Assembly (NCBI GenBank): GCA_963727505.1
Contig: CAVSGP010000002.1
Coordinates: 192,001-256,000 of the forward strand
Direction of reading: 5' to 3'
DNA length: 64,000 nucleotides
Source: an uncultured Trueperaceae bacterium
GTDB taxonomy: Bacteria; Deinococcota; Deinococci; Deinococcales; Trueperaceae
This document shows, one piece after another, positions 29,438-38,842 of this stretch. The notes beneath the pieces were generated by a model. It searched no databases, had not been told where the DNA came from, and worked only from the letters and a program-made list of their open reading frames with translations. Every line of letters starts with the position of its first letter. Position 1 is the stretch's first letter. The translations under genes were made by a program, and so were the position numbers.

Positions 29438-31174
29438 TCAGGTGTCGGCGTCCGCTGGCGTGAACCGGGCAGGATTCGGCGCGACGCCGCCTCGCGGGGT
29501 CCCGTTCGCGGCTTCGGGCGCCGGAGCCGGCGCGTTCCCGCCGCGATCCAGCGGAGCGTCGTCGCCCTCGAAGAACTCGTCGTGCTTCAGGCCGATCTCG
29601 GGCAGCAGGAAGGTGGTCAGGAAGGCCAGGATCGCGACCACCAGGCCCACCGTGAAGATCTCGCCCATGCCGTGGCTGAGGCCGACGCGCACGGCGTGCA
29701 CGAACTGGTCGTAGAACGTCTGGCCCTGTGCGCCGAAGCGGGCGAAGCTGGACCGGATGGCGTCCTGCGCCTGCGCCGTGATCAATCCCTGCGGGTTGTC
29801 CAGCGCGGCCTGCTGCTGCGGCGGCAGCGCGGCCAGCATCGCCCGGAGCGGGCCGGGCAGCGCCTGGTGGAAATGGCTGGAGAAACTGCGGGCCAGCACG
29901 GTGCCGAGGATCGGCGCGATGATGACGCCACCGAGCGAGCGCACGAACTGCTGGGTGGCGTTCACCACGCCCATGATCTTGTAGGGAAAGGCGTTCTGTA
30001 CCGCCACGTTGAGTAGAGGCAGCAGCGTGCCGATGCCGATCCCCATGACGATCATGTTGCGCACGACGGTGGGCCAGGTCGTGGACACGCCCATGAAGTT
30101 GAACAGCGCCATGCCGCCCACCATGAACGCCGCCCCGATGATGGCCAGCACCTTGTAGCGGCCGGTGCGCGTCATGAGCCAGCCGGAACCGACGCTCCCG
30201 ACGATGAAGCTCAGCATCATGGGCGTGAGTACCTCGCCGGAGCTCTGGGCCGACAGGCCCACGACCCCCTGCACGTAGAGCGGCAGGAACATGAGCGTTC
30301 CGAACATGCCCATCGTCGCGAAGAGCGCGATGACGACCGTGGTCGTGAAGATGGGCTTGGCGAAGAGCTGCGGGTCGAGGATCGGCTCCGCCGCGCGGCG
30401 CTCGTTCCACACGAACAGGCCGAGGAAGATGACCGCCGCAGCGAACATGCCGAGGATGAGCGGACTGCCCCAGGCGTACTGGCCGCCGGCCCAGGTGAGG
30501 GCCAGCAGGAGCGGTACCAGACCCAGGGCCATCAGCACGCTGCCCTGCCAGTCCAGCTTCACGCGGTGATCGACGCGCACCCGGGGCAGGGTGACCAGCA
30601 CGGCGACCAGCGCCACCACCGCCACCGGCAGGTTGACGTAGAAGACCCAGCGCCAACCCATATGGTCCGTGATCCAGCCGCCGACGGTGGGGCCGATGAT
30701 GCTGGAGATGCCAAAGGTCGCAGCGATCACGCCCATCCAGCGGCCGCGCTCGCGTGGGTTGAAGATGTCGCCGATGGTGGCGCGCGGCATGCTCATCAAG
30801 GCGCCGGCGCCGATGCCCTGAACGCCCCGTGCCAGGATCAGCTCGAGCATGGTGTGCGCCTGTCCGCTCACCGCCGAGCCCAGCATGAACACCACCAGGC
30901 CGAAGATGTAGAAGGGCTTGCGCCCGTAGATGTCGGAGAGCTTCCCGTAGATCGGCACCGTGATGGCCGACGCCATCATGTAGGCGGTGAACACCCAGGC
31001 GTAGATGGAGAGCCCCTTGAGGTCGCCGACGATGACCGGCAGCGCCGTCGACACCACGGTCTGGTCGAGCGACGCGAAGAACATCGACAGAAGCACCGCG
31101 CCGAGCGCCCACCAGCGGGCGTTCCCGGTGATGCGATTGGTGTTCTGCTGCGCGCGTGCTCCGGAGCGTCTCAT
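29438..31174 (-). CDS. MFS drug:H+ antiporter, DHA2 (EmrB/QacA) family
   Basis: LDQTVVSTALP, GKLSDIYGRK, RGVQGIG and WRWVFYVNLP motifs; 14-TM pattern. Confidence 0.94.
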   Translation of the reverse strand: MRRSGARAQQNTNRITGNARWWALGAVLLSMFFASLDQTVVSTALPVIVGDLKGLSIYAWVFTAYMMASAITVPIYGKLSDIYGRKPFYIFGLVVFMLGSAVSGQAHTMLELILARGVQGIGAGALMSMPRATIGDIFNPRERGRWMGVIAATFGISSIIGPTVGGWITDHMGWRWVFYVNLPVAVVALVAVLVTLPRVRVDHRVKLDWQGSVLMALGLVPLLLALTWAGGQYAWGSPLILGMFAAAVIFLGLFVWNERRAAEPILDPQLFAKPIFTTTVVIALFATMGMFGTLMFLPLYVQGVVGLSAQSSGEVLTPMMLSFIVGSVGSGWLMTRTGRYKVLAIIGAAFMVGGMALFNFMGVSTTWPTVVRNMIVMGIGIGTLLPLLNVAVQNAFPYKIMGVVNATQQFVRSLGGVIIAPILGTVLARSFSSHFHQALPGPLRAMLAALPPQQQAALDNPQGLITAQAQDAIRSSFARFGAQGQTFYDQFVHAVRVGLSHGMGEIFTVGLVVAILAFLTTFLLPEIGLKHDEFFEGDDAPLDRGGNAPAPAPEAANGTPRGGVAPNPARFTPADADT

Positions 31175-31644
31175 GCCGCGCCCCCGGCCGGCTGGGCAGC
31201 CTCGCTCGTCTCCATGACCTCGGCGAGAGCCTCCATGTCCTGGGCGATGCGGGCGAACGCTCCCTGCGGCACGTCGCGTAACGCGCGGTCGAGCACCTCC
31301 CCCAGCGCCGCCCAGCCGGCGGCACCGGCCTCGGCGCCCGCTTCGGTCACCACCACCACGATGCGCCGCCGGTCGACGGTGTCGGGCCGGCGTTCGACGT
31401 AACCAAGCTCGCTCAGGCGGTCGAGCGCACGTGTGATCAACGGGGCCGCGATCCCGGTGCGGTCCTTGAGCTCGTGAGGATGGGCCGAGCCCCCTTCGAA
31501 CGCGCGCAGCATCACCAGCTCCTTGGGCGAGAGGCCGCAGGCCTGCTCCACGGGTTCGGCGGCGACCGCGTGCAGGGCGCGCGCCATCCGCCGTGCCGCG
31601 CGGGTCGCCCGGAACAGATCGTCCATGATGACAGTCGTTTTCAC
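31171..31644 (-). CDS. MarR family transcriptional regulator
   Basis: ITRALDRL.ELGYVER..D..DRR motif; probable leaderless GTG start at 31644. Confidence 0.88.
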   Translation of the reverse strand: MKTTVIMDDLFRATRAARRMARALHAVAAEPVEQACGLSPKELVMLRAFEGGSAHPHELKDRTGIAAPLITRALDRLSELGYVERRPDTVDRRRIVVVVTEAGAEAGAAGWAALGEVLDRALRDVPQGAFARIAQDMEALAEVMETSEAAQPAGGAA

Positions 31645-31651
31645 GTGGAAC

Positions 31652-31680
31652 AATATAATCGAGAATAGTTACCTTGTCAA
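31652..31680 (-). promoter_or_regulatory. Consensus sigma70 promoter of marR-MFS
   Basis: TTGACA-N17-TATATT, with GTG 7 nt downstream. Confidence 0.8.
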
Positions 31681-31726
31681 TTGTTCACACGACCTCGATG
31701 TCCGGCAAACACGCAGCCGAGCGACG

Positions 31727-32652
31727 ATGGCCGCGAGGACCCGCAGCACCGCTCCTCGCGGACGTTGGGCGCCGGCCCGGCCGGTCGAGAGCGTGCGCGT
31801 GCCGAGCGCGCGCACGGCATCCCCCGCCTCAGCGCTGCGCTGGCGTTCTACACGGTGCTCTCGCTGGCCCCCCTGGTGGTGGTGGCGGTAGGGGTGGCGA
31901 GCCTGGTGTTCGCGCGACAACAGATCCAGAGCGAGATCGTTGCGCAGCTCCAGACGCTCGTCGGCCCGTCCGGGGGCCAGGTCGCCCGAACCCTGTTCGA
32001 CAACGCCTACCGCGCCTATCGGCCCAGTTCCGGCCTGGTGGCCTCTGCGATCGGCTTGGGCGCACTGTTGTTCGGGGCCTCGGCCGTGCTCGCTCAGCTC
32101 AAGAGCGCCCTCAACACCATCTGGGGCGGCTCCGACGCCGGCCGCGAAGGCGTGCTCGGGGCCGTGCTGGACAGGTTGCTGTCGTTCGCGCTGGTGTTCG
32201 CTTTGGGCTTCCTGCTACTGGCCTCGTTGCTGTTCAACACGCTCGTCACCGCCTTCAACCGCACCGTCAGCCGGGCGGCCGGGGTCCCTGCCGAGTTGCT
32301 CAGCGCCGTCAACGGCGTGGCCGCCCTCATCTTGACGGCCGTGCTGATGGCGGTGCTATACCGCTACCTGCCCGACACCTTGGTGCGCTGGCGCGACGTC
32401 GTACCGGGTGCGGGCATCGCCGCCGTGCTGTTCGCCGCCGGCAAGTGGCTCCTGGGCCGCTACCTCGGCCACAGCGCCATCGCCTCCGCCTACGGCGCGG
32501 CCGGAGCGCTGATCATCGTGCTGCTGTGGATCTACTACTCGGCGCAGATCTTCTTCCTGGGCGCCGAGCTGACGCGGGCGATCGCCCAGGAGCGGGCCGT
32601 TACGCGGCCGGGCTCGCCACCCGGTCGCACCCGGGACCCTGCCGGGCGTTGA
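31727..32652 (+). CDS. YihY/BrkB family membrane protein, 5' end probably frameshifted
   Basis: PRLSAALAFYTVLSLAP, ALNTIW and YGAAG.LI..LLWIYYSAQI.FLGAE motifs; no good in-frame start. Confidence 0.8.
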
Positions 32653-32761
32653 GCGGCATGGCGATCTCCGCGTCTGCCGCAGACTCGCCTGGCCTGCGGT
32701 CGTGCGGCCCGGGAACCATCCCGCGCCGCACGATCAGAGCGTGCTCGCCAGGGTGCGGCCG

Positions 32762-34291
32762 CTAGGGCGCGCTGGCGTCGGCGCCGGTCACCGTGAACGA
32801 CAGATCGAACGACGGCAGGCGCTCACCGGGATGGTCCACCACGTTCAGCATCGGCAGCAGGAGGTAGTTGGCGTTCGCCGTGCTCGTCGGCGCGCCCGGA
32901 CCCTTCAGATCCCCCTTGTAGATGGAGGGGTAGAGGCTGACGTAGTGCGTCCCGGCTTGCCCCGGCGCCTTGATGTGGATGACGACGTCACCCTGGCTGT
33001 TGAAACCGCAGGCGTAGCCGAAGTAGCCGTTGTCCATCACCAGCGTGTAGATGTTGGCGGTCGCGGTCCAGCCGACCCCTTTCAGGTGCACCGTGATGTC
33101 GCCACCGGGTGCCACGGTCCGCGGTGACACCTCGAAGACCGACGGCTTGATGGTGTAGTCGGCCTGCGCCCTGGCGTCCCCGGCGGTGGCGACGATGTGG
33201 TGCACACCACCCAGGTCGTCGGGCGTGTCGAACCGGTACTCGAAGGCGCCGTCGGCGCCGGCCGTGACGCTGGCGAAGGGCCGCGTCGACTCCTGCCAGC
33301 CGGCTCCGGAGATGCGGTTGCCGACCACGGTGCTCCAGGTGAGGTTCACCTCGGAGCCGGCCGGGAAGCCGCGGCCGCGCAACACCGTCGGGCTTCCGAC
33401 CGCGCCGGTGGAGTAGTCGAGCGCCAGCGAGGGCGACGCGCCACCGCCTGCCGACGCAGCGGTGCCGGGCTCACGGTTCAACCCCTGCGTAGCGGCCGGC
33501 GCCGAGGGCACGGCGGGCCCCGGCGTGATGGTGAAGACGGCGCTCTCCACCAGCGGGACCTGCGGGATGTAGATGGGCGCCTGCTGCTCGTTGAGGTAGG
33601 GAGCGGCGTGGGTGCCCACGATGGCCTGTAGGGTGTGCGGGCCGACGGCTCCGGTGGCGGGGATGGTGACGTCCGCGGTGCCGCGGGTGCTCAGCGCAGA
33701 CAGCATGCCGGTATCGGCGCCGTCGTACTTGAGGTGCCACACCAGGTGGTAGAAGCGGTAGCCGAGCCCCGTGAAGCGGATGTGGATGGGCGTGCCTACC
33801 GGCCCCGAGGCGGGCGACATGGTGAGGTGCGGCGAGACGACGAAGCCCTGGCGCGCCACCTTGTCGCCACCGCCATCGAGCAGGAAGACGTTGTGCGTGT
33901 AGCCGTAGTCACCGGGCACGGTGAAATGGAGCGTCAACGTGCCGTCCGCGCCGGCCACGCCGTTGGCCAGCGTGTGCTGCACCGTCGTGGCCGCGATACC
34001 GTTGAAGTCGGCGCCATCGACCTGCCAGGAAGCATCCGCGGTCTCCCACGACAGCGCGACCTTCGCGCCCGGCGTGAGGCCGGTGGCCTGCGCCGTCACC
34101 GCCGTGCCGACCGGCCCGTAGGCGGGCGTGAACTCGAGTCGGGCCGCGGCCTGCGCCCGGGCACCGAACATCCCCAGCGCCAGGAGGCCGGCGACCAGGG
34201 CGGCCAGAAGAGTGCGCGCGCGCTGGCCGGCGCGCCGCGGCGGCGCGCCGGCCAGGACGCCGTTTGCCATCGCTTGCCGAGTGTCTACCAT
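32762..34291 (-). CDS. Secreted protein with four Ig/IPT-like domains, (AB)2 architecture
   Basis: GAGG RBS; signal peptide ending ARA; repeated P..GPVGT.V...TG and FT(V/I)(P/T) motifs. Confidence 0.8.
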   Translation of the reverse strand: MVDTRQAMANGVLAGAPPRRAGQRARTLLAALVAGLLALGMFGARAQAAARLEFTPAYGPVGTAVTAQATGLTPGAKVALSWETADASWQVDGADFNGIAATTVQHTLANGVAGADGTLTLHFTVPGDYGYTHNVFLLDGGGDKVARQGFVVSPHLTMSPASGPVGTPIHIRFTGLGYRFYHLVWHLKYDGADTGMLSALSTRGTADVTIPATGAVGPHTLQAIVGTHAAPYLNEQQAPIYIPQVPLVESAVFTITPGPAVPSAPAATQGLNREPGTAASAGGGASPSLALDYSTGAVGSPTVLRGRGFPAGSEVNLTWSTVVGNRISGAGWQESTRPFASVTAGADGAFEYRFDTPDDLGGVHHIVATAGDARAQADYTIKPSVFEVSPRTVAPGGDITVHLKGVGWTATANIYTLVMDNGYFGYACGFNSQGDVVIHIKAPGQAGTHYVSLYPSIYKGDLKGPGAPTSTANANYLLLPMLNVVDHPGERLPSFDLSFTVTGADASAP

Positions 34292-34468
34292 GATCCACCT
34301 CACGTTCTTCGCGTTCTGCGGAACGACCGCACGGTCCTTCGCACCGGCCGCCTTCGACCCACTCGCGGCGACCGTTCGATCCGCCCGGCGTCCGAAACAA
34401 CGACGGCTGCGGCCCCACGCCAAGGGTGGAGCCGCAGCCACAGTGTTGCCTTCGTTATGCGGACGGGC

Positions 34469-34951
34469 TCAGGACTGCGGTTTGGCAATCGTGAGCTGGT
34501 TGAGCCCGACGCCCTGCCCGATCGGCGTGAACGAATCCTTGTGCCCCGCGCCGTCGGTCACCGTGAGCGTCCAGTTGTAGGTCCCAGTTGCCACGTCGGC
34601 GGGGATGTCCCAGGCACCGGTCCAGAAGTGCTCCTGGTTGCTGGCAGGGGCACTCGGGGGGTGCGCCCCGTAATTCATGTCGACGGTGTCGCCGTTGTCG
34701 AGCGTGACCTGGAGCTTGATCCCGCGCGCCTTGATGGCGTCCGGCGTGAGACGGCCGCCCGTTACGGCGTCGAAGACGTAGGCCTGCCATACCACAGCCT
34801 CGCCAGGTTGGAACACGGTGTTGGAGACGCACACCGGACCCTTGGCGTTGGTCCCGCCTCGGATCGTCGCCATCTGTACGAAGTACGTGTTGGCGAAGGC
34901 CGACGTGGCCAGCACCGCCACAAGCACGATCAACCACTTTGCGTAACGCAT
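34469..34951 (-). CDS. Secreted single Ig-like (MG2-like) hypothetical protein
   Basis: GGAGGGAG RBS; signal MRYAKWLIVLVAVLATSAFA; F.PGE.V.W, YGAHPP and W.IP.D..TG.Y motifs. Confidence 0.8.
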   Translation of the reverse strand: MRYAKWLIVLVAVLATSAFANTYFVQMATIRGGTNAKGPVCVSNTVFQPGEAVVWQAYVFDAVTGGRLTPDAIKARGIKLQVTLDNGDTVDMNYGAHPPSAPASNQEHFWTGAWDIPADVATGTYNWTLTVTDGAGHKDSFTPIGQGVGLNQLTIAKPQS

Positions 34952-35002
34952 GGTTCTCCCTCCGAATGCTGCCCATGAACGAACCATCTGGCTTCATCTT
35001 CG

Positions 35003-35048
35003 AGAGTAGCATCGAACGGGACGTTCGTACCCATAGGACGAATGTCCC
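35003..35048. promoter_or_regulatory. -10 element (TACTCT, minus strand) with tandem GGGAC-N4-GTCCC-like boxes
   Basis: GGGACGTTCGTACC at 35018-35031 and AGGACGAATGTCCC at 35035-35048. Confidence 0.55.
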
Positions 35049-35165
35049 GGCAGCGGCCGCGGTACCGCACGCGTCCCCAGCGTTATCACGTCAGGCTCAA
35101 CCGTTTCATGCGACCGACGCTCACCATGGCCGACGGCCCCCTCACGGGGCCGGAAGGAGATCGGC

Positions 35166-35780
35166 ATGCGCATGCCTACCAGGATCCTGACCGGCGCCAT
35201 CGTGCTGCTGGCGGGCGCGACGTTCGCCCAGCAGATGCCAAGCACCCCGGTGAGCCAGGAGTTCCCGCACGTTCTCGCCACGGTGGACCTGCAGCCCGGC
35301 CAGTCCGCTTCCATCACCGTTCCGGACGCCTACTTCACGGGCGCGGCCCCCGGGGAGATGACGATCTACATCCCGACGGACGCCTTCCGGGATCCCGTCC
35401 GCTTCCAGGTGCTGGCATCGTCCAACAGCCGCTGGGACGGCATGGTGAAGAGCGGCCTGAAGGTGGTCGCGAACTTCGCCTACCGCGTGGTCGACACCAG
35501 GACCGGGCAGCCCGTCCAGGCCTTCCAGGCGCCCGCGCAATACACGGTATCCGACGGCATGATCGACGGACACAGCGTGTACTGGGCCGTCAAACCGGGC
35601 GGCTCCCCCCAGATCATCGACGCCAACGCCCACAGCACCGTCCACGGCAACGTGCTCTCCCACCCCACGCCGACGGCGGCGGTGGGCTGGATCATCACCA
35701 CACCCAAGGCCGACCTGGCGAGCACGATGAAGAGCGGGGCTTCCAACGGCGGCTCGGGCTCGGGCGGCAACGGCATGTAG
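35166..35780 (+). CDS. Secreted beta-rich hypothetical protein
   Basis: GGAAGGAG RBS; signal peptide ending TFA; GC3-rich codons; Gly/Ser tail. Confidence 0.78.
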   Translation: MRMPTRILTGAIVLLAGATFAQQMPSTPVSQEFPHVLATVDLQPGQSASITVPDAYFTGAAPGEMTIYIPTDAFRDPVRFQVLASSNSRWDGMVKSGLKVVANFAYRVVDTRTGQPVQAFQAPAQYTVSDGMIDGHSVYWAVKPGGSPQIIDANAHSTVHGNVLSHPTPTAAVGWIITTPKADLASTMKSGASNGGSGSGGNGM

Positions 35781-35935
35781 CTCCGTCCGACCCTCACGAG
35801 CCCCGCGCGACCGCCGCACTCCGAGTCGCCTTACGTCGGCCCTGGCGCGGGGCTCAAGCCCCGCCCGGACCCGGACGGCGCCTGAGCGCGGGGCCGCGCG
35901 CACGCTCCGGCGCCCGCGGGCGCCGGAGCGCCGCC

Positions 35936-37030
35936 TCAGCCCTCGCGGTAGAAGCGACTGTTGCGGTAGTACGCGTCGAACAACAGCTTGGCGAAGCCCA
36001 TCAGCGGAACGGCCAGCAGCGCCCCCAGAACGCCGGCGAAGTGCAGGCCCAGCAGCAGCGCGATGACGACGGTGGTGGGGTGGAGGCGCACCGTACGCCC
36101 CAGCACCAGCGGCTCCAGCACGTGCCCCTCGAGCTGGTTCGCGACGGTATAGACGATCAGCACCCCCATCACCGTCCACCACCCCAACGGCGCCGCCAGC
36201 AACAACGCCGGCGTGATGGCGATGATGGGCCCGAGGTAGGGCACGAGGTCGAACAACCCGCCCAGGAACCCCAGAGACAAGGCCAGGGGCACGCCCAGGA
36301 CGGCGAGCCCCAGCCCGGTGACCGCGCCGACGATGCCCGCGACGATGAGCTGACCGCGGAAGTAGCCGCCTACGGCGTGCTCGAACTTGTCGATCACGTC
36401 GGCGACGGTGGCCTGGTAGGGCTCCGGGGCGGCGAGTTGGAGGCTGCGGGTCACGCGCTGGAAGTCCGCCAGCAGGTAGGCGGTGAGCGCGAGCAGCCCG
36501 AGGAGCCGCACGACATCGCCGACGAGCGTACGCAGGGTATGGAACAGCCCGCCCCCCGTGACGTAGGTGGCGAACTGGTCCAGGAAGTGGCTGGCCCACT
36601 GACTGACCTGAACATGGAGCGCGCCGTAGGCGTTGCTCAGGGGGACCTTCACGGACTGCGGCAGGGGGGCGTCCCGGATGAGCCCCGGAACGCTCTGTGT
36701 GACGGTGGTGGCCTGCTGGATCAGGGCGGGGAGCTGGTCCGGCAGCCCCGAGAGCTGCTCGAAAAGGTCGAAGAACAACAGCGCGAACAGGGCGAGCACC
36801 GCCAGAACAGCGAGCACCGACACGACCAGACCCACCCAGCGCACATGGAAGCGGCGCCGGCTCCAACGCACCAACGGGTGGAGCAGATAGGCCAGCACGA
36901 AGGCGGTCACCACGATGAACCACACGCCGCGGGTGACCACCACGAACCAGACGACGCCGGCGAGAAGCGCCAGCGCCACGAGGACCCGCGCCAGCGGGCG
37001 ACGCCACAGGCTCTGGATCGCGTCACGCAT
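35936..37030 (-). CDS. AI-2E (PerM) family transporter
   Basis: AFVLAYLLHPLV, GYFRGQL, DLVPYLGP and QLEGHVLEP..LG...LHP motifs. Confidence 0.92.
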   Translation of the reverse strand: MRDAIQSLWRRPLARVLVALALLAGVVWFVVVTRGVWFIVVTAFVLAYLLHPLVRWSRRRFHVRWVGLVVSVLAVLAVLALFALLFFDLFEQLSGLPDQLPALIQQATTVTQSVPGLIRDAPLPQSVKVPLSNAYGALHVQVSQWASHFLDQFATYVTGGGLFHTLRTLVGDVVRLLGLLALTAYLLADFQRVTRSLQLAAPEPYQATVADVIDKFEHAVGGYFRGQLIVAGIVGAVTGLGLAVLGVPLALSLGFLGGLFDLVPYLGPIIAITPALLLAAPLGWWTVMGVLIVYTVANQLEGHVLEPLVLGRTVRLHPTTVVIALLLGLHFAGVLGALLAVPLMGFAKLLFDAYYRNSRFYREG

Positions 37031-37371
37031 GCTCTCGCCCCCTTCCCTCCGGCTCGGTCCCGGCCCGTCCGGGACGCCCACCGGCAATCTACCGCGCGGC
37101 GAAGGCCGTTCAGGACGCACCCCCGACGTGCGGAGCGCTCGGGCGGCACGCGGGGGCGCTGTGCACAAGCCCTTGGAGTGGTGTGTACCGCCGTGGTACA
37201 CTTGCGCCGTTTGGCGGCGGCACACTGCCTCGTCACGCCCCCCGCCAGCACGACGTCGATCACGCGGCCGACCCGGACCGGGGCCGGCGCGCGTTCACGC
37301 TCGGGCACGCTCGGGGCGGGTCGCCCGAAGCCGCGCGGGACGGGGGACGGCCGCCGGCCGGAGATGATTCC

Positions 37372-38424
37372 ATGACCAGATCCCCGATCCAGGAGCAACA
37401 CGACCACGAACACGAGCACGATCCCCTCGACCAAGACACCGTCCGTGACCAGGACCCGGGGGAGGGGCAGGCGAGCGCTCAAGCCGCGCAGCGGAACACC
37501 GCGGATGACGGCAACGACCTTCAGCGCTACCTCAGCGAGATCGGACGGGTTCCCCTGCTCGCTCGCGACGAAGAGGTGGCACTGGCGCGCCGCGTCGACA
37601 GCGGCAGGGAAGCCGAGGCCCGGCTCGCGGCCGAGGGGGACGCTCTCGACCCGCGCGAGCACCGGCGTCTGACGCGCCAGATCGAGGACGCCGAGCGCGC
37701 GCGCCAGGATCTTATCGAGGCCAATCTGCGGCTGGTGGTGTCGGTCGCCAAGCGCTATCGCGCCCGCGGTCTGTCCCTGCTAGATCTCATCCAGGAAGGC
37801 AACGCCGGGCTCATGCATGCGGTCGAGAAGTACGACGTCAGCACCGGGTACAAGTTCTCGACCTACGCGGTGTGGTGGATCCGTCAGGCCGTGGCGCGTT
37901 CGCTGGCGAACGCCTCGCGCACCATCCGCCTGCCGGTGCACTTCCAGGAGACGCTCAGCAAGCTACGCTCCAACGCCGAACGGCTCGAGCAGGAGCTGGG
38001 CCGTCCCCCGAGCCGCGAGGAGATCGCCGGCGTGATGGGCGAGGGCTGGACCGTGGAACGTGTCGACCACACCCTGCGTCAGGCGCGCGACACCCTTTCG
38101 CTCGAACGGCCCATCGGCGAGGAGCAGGACACTACCCTCGGCGAGATGCTGCCCGACACCGATGCCGACGCACCCGTCGAGCTCGCCAGCGAGACCGCCC
38201 TCTCCGACCAGCTGAGGCGCCTGCTCGGGCGCCTCTCCGAGCGGGAAGCCAACGTACTGAGGCTGCGCTTCGGCCTGGTCGACGGGGAGCAGCACACCCT
38301 CGAGGACATCGGGCGGCACTACGGCATCACCCGCGAGGCGGTGCGCCAGGGCGAGGCCCGCGCGCTGCGAAAGTTGCAGTACCTGGCGCGCCGTGACGTC
38401 TCGCTGCGCGACTTCCTCGACTGA
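37372..38424 (+). CDS. RpoD-like (group 2) sigma-70 factor lacking region 1.1
   Basis: D.LQRYLSEIG.VPLL, ANLRLVVSVAKRY, DLIQEGN.GL, KFSTYA.WWIRQ, RTIRLPVH and TLEDIG..YGITRE.VRQ motifs. Confidence 0.92.
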   Translation: MTRSPIQEQHDHEHEHDPLDQDTVRDQDPGEGQASAQAAQRNTADDGNDLQRYLSEIGRVPLLARDEEVALARRVDSGREAEARLAAEGDALDPREHRRLTRQIEDAERARQDLIEANLRLVVSVAKRYRARGLSLLDLIQEGNAGLMHAVEKYDVSTGYKFSTYAVWWIRQAVARSLANASRTIRLPVHFQETLSKLRSNAERLEQELGRPPSREEIAGVMGEGWTVERVDHTLRQARDTLSLERPIGEEQDTTLGEMLPDTDADAPVELASETALSDQLRRLLGRLSEREANVLRLRFGLVDGEQHTLEDIGRHYGITREAVRQGEARALRKLQYLARRDVSLRDFLD

Positions 38425-38450
38425 GCCCCGGGAGCGGTGGGGGCCATGCC

Positions 38451-38678
38451 GTGCAACGAGCACAGGCGTGCAACGAGCACAGGACCTTCATCCTGCGGGT
38501 CTGGCTGGAGCGTGGGCACCCAGACCAAGGAGCATGCTGGCGCGCCTCGCTCACCTCGCTCACCGACGAGAGCGACCGTCGAGAGCGACCGTGCGAGACG
38601 CAGTCTTTCTCGTCCCTGACAATGCTCCTAGCCTATCTGCGCGACCCGCTCGCGCCCCTGACGGGGTGGCCGGCATGA
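38451..38678 (+). CDS. Small conserved-looking protein (FILRVW...WRAS...FSSL..LL.YL), possibly disrupted at the 5' end
   Basis: Three-strand plus helix pattern; a 17-bp duplication separates ATG38446 from this frame. Confidence 0.6.
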   Translation: MQRAQACNEHRTFILRVWLERGHPDQGACWRASLTSLTDESDRRERPCETQSFSSLTMLLAYLRDPLAPLTGWPA

Positions 38679-38842
38679 GCCCCCACCCCTTGCAGGCGCC
38701 CCCAAGCGAGCGCTATACTTGACGTCCGATATAGACCTTTGCGCTGTCTTTTCGAGAACAGGCTTGCCGCATCTCACCGCACGGGTGAACGTCGCACCGA
38801 ACCCCTGAGCACATCCTGGAGCGGAAAACCCACAGGAGTTGC

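Noticed and set aside
37160..37168. DnaA-like box TGTGCACAA upstream of the AI-2E and sigma genes
   Set aside because: A single two-mismatch site, expected by chance.
38720..38775. c-di-GMP-I riboswitch on the minus strand (GGCAAGCC...GAAA...CGCAAAG)
   Set aside because: It lacks the GGGA junction and a proper P2 stem, and no minus-strand gene follows.
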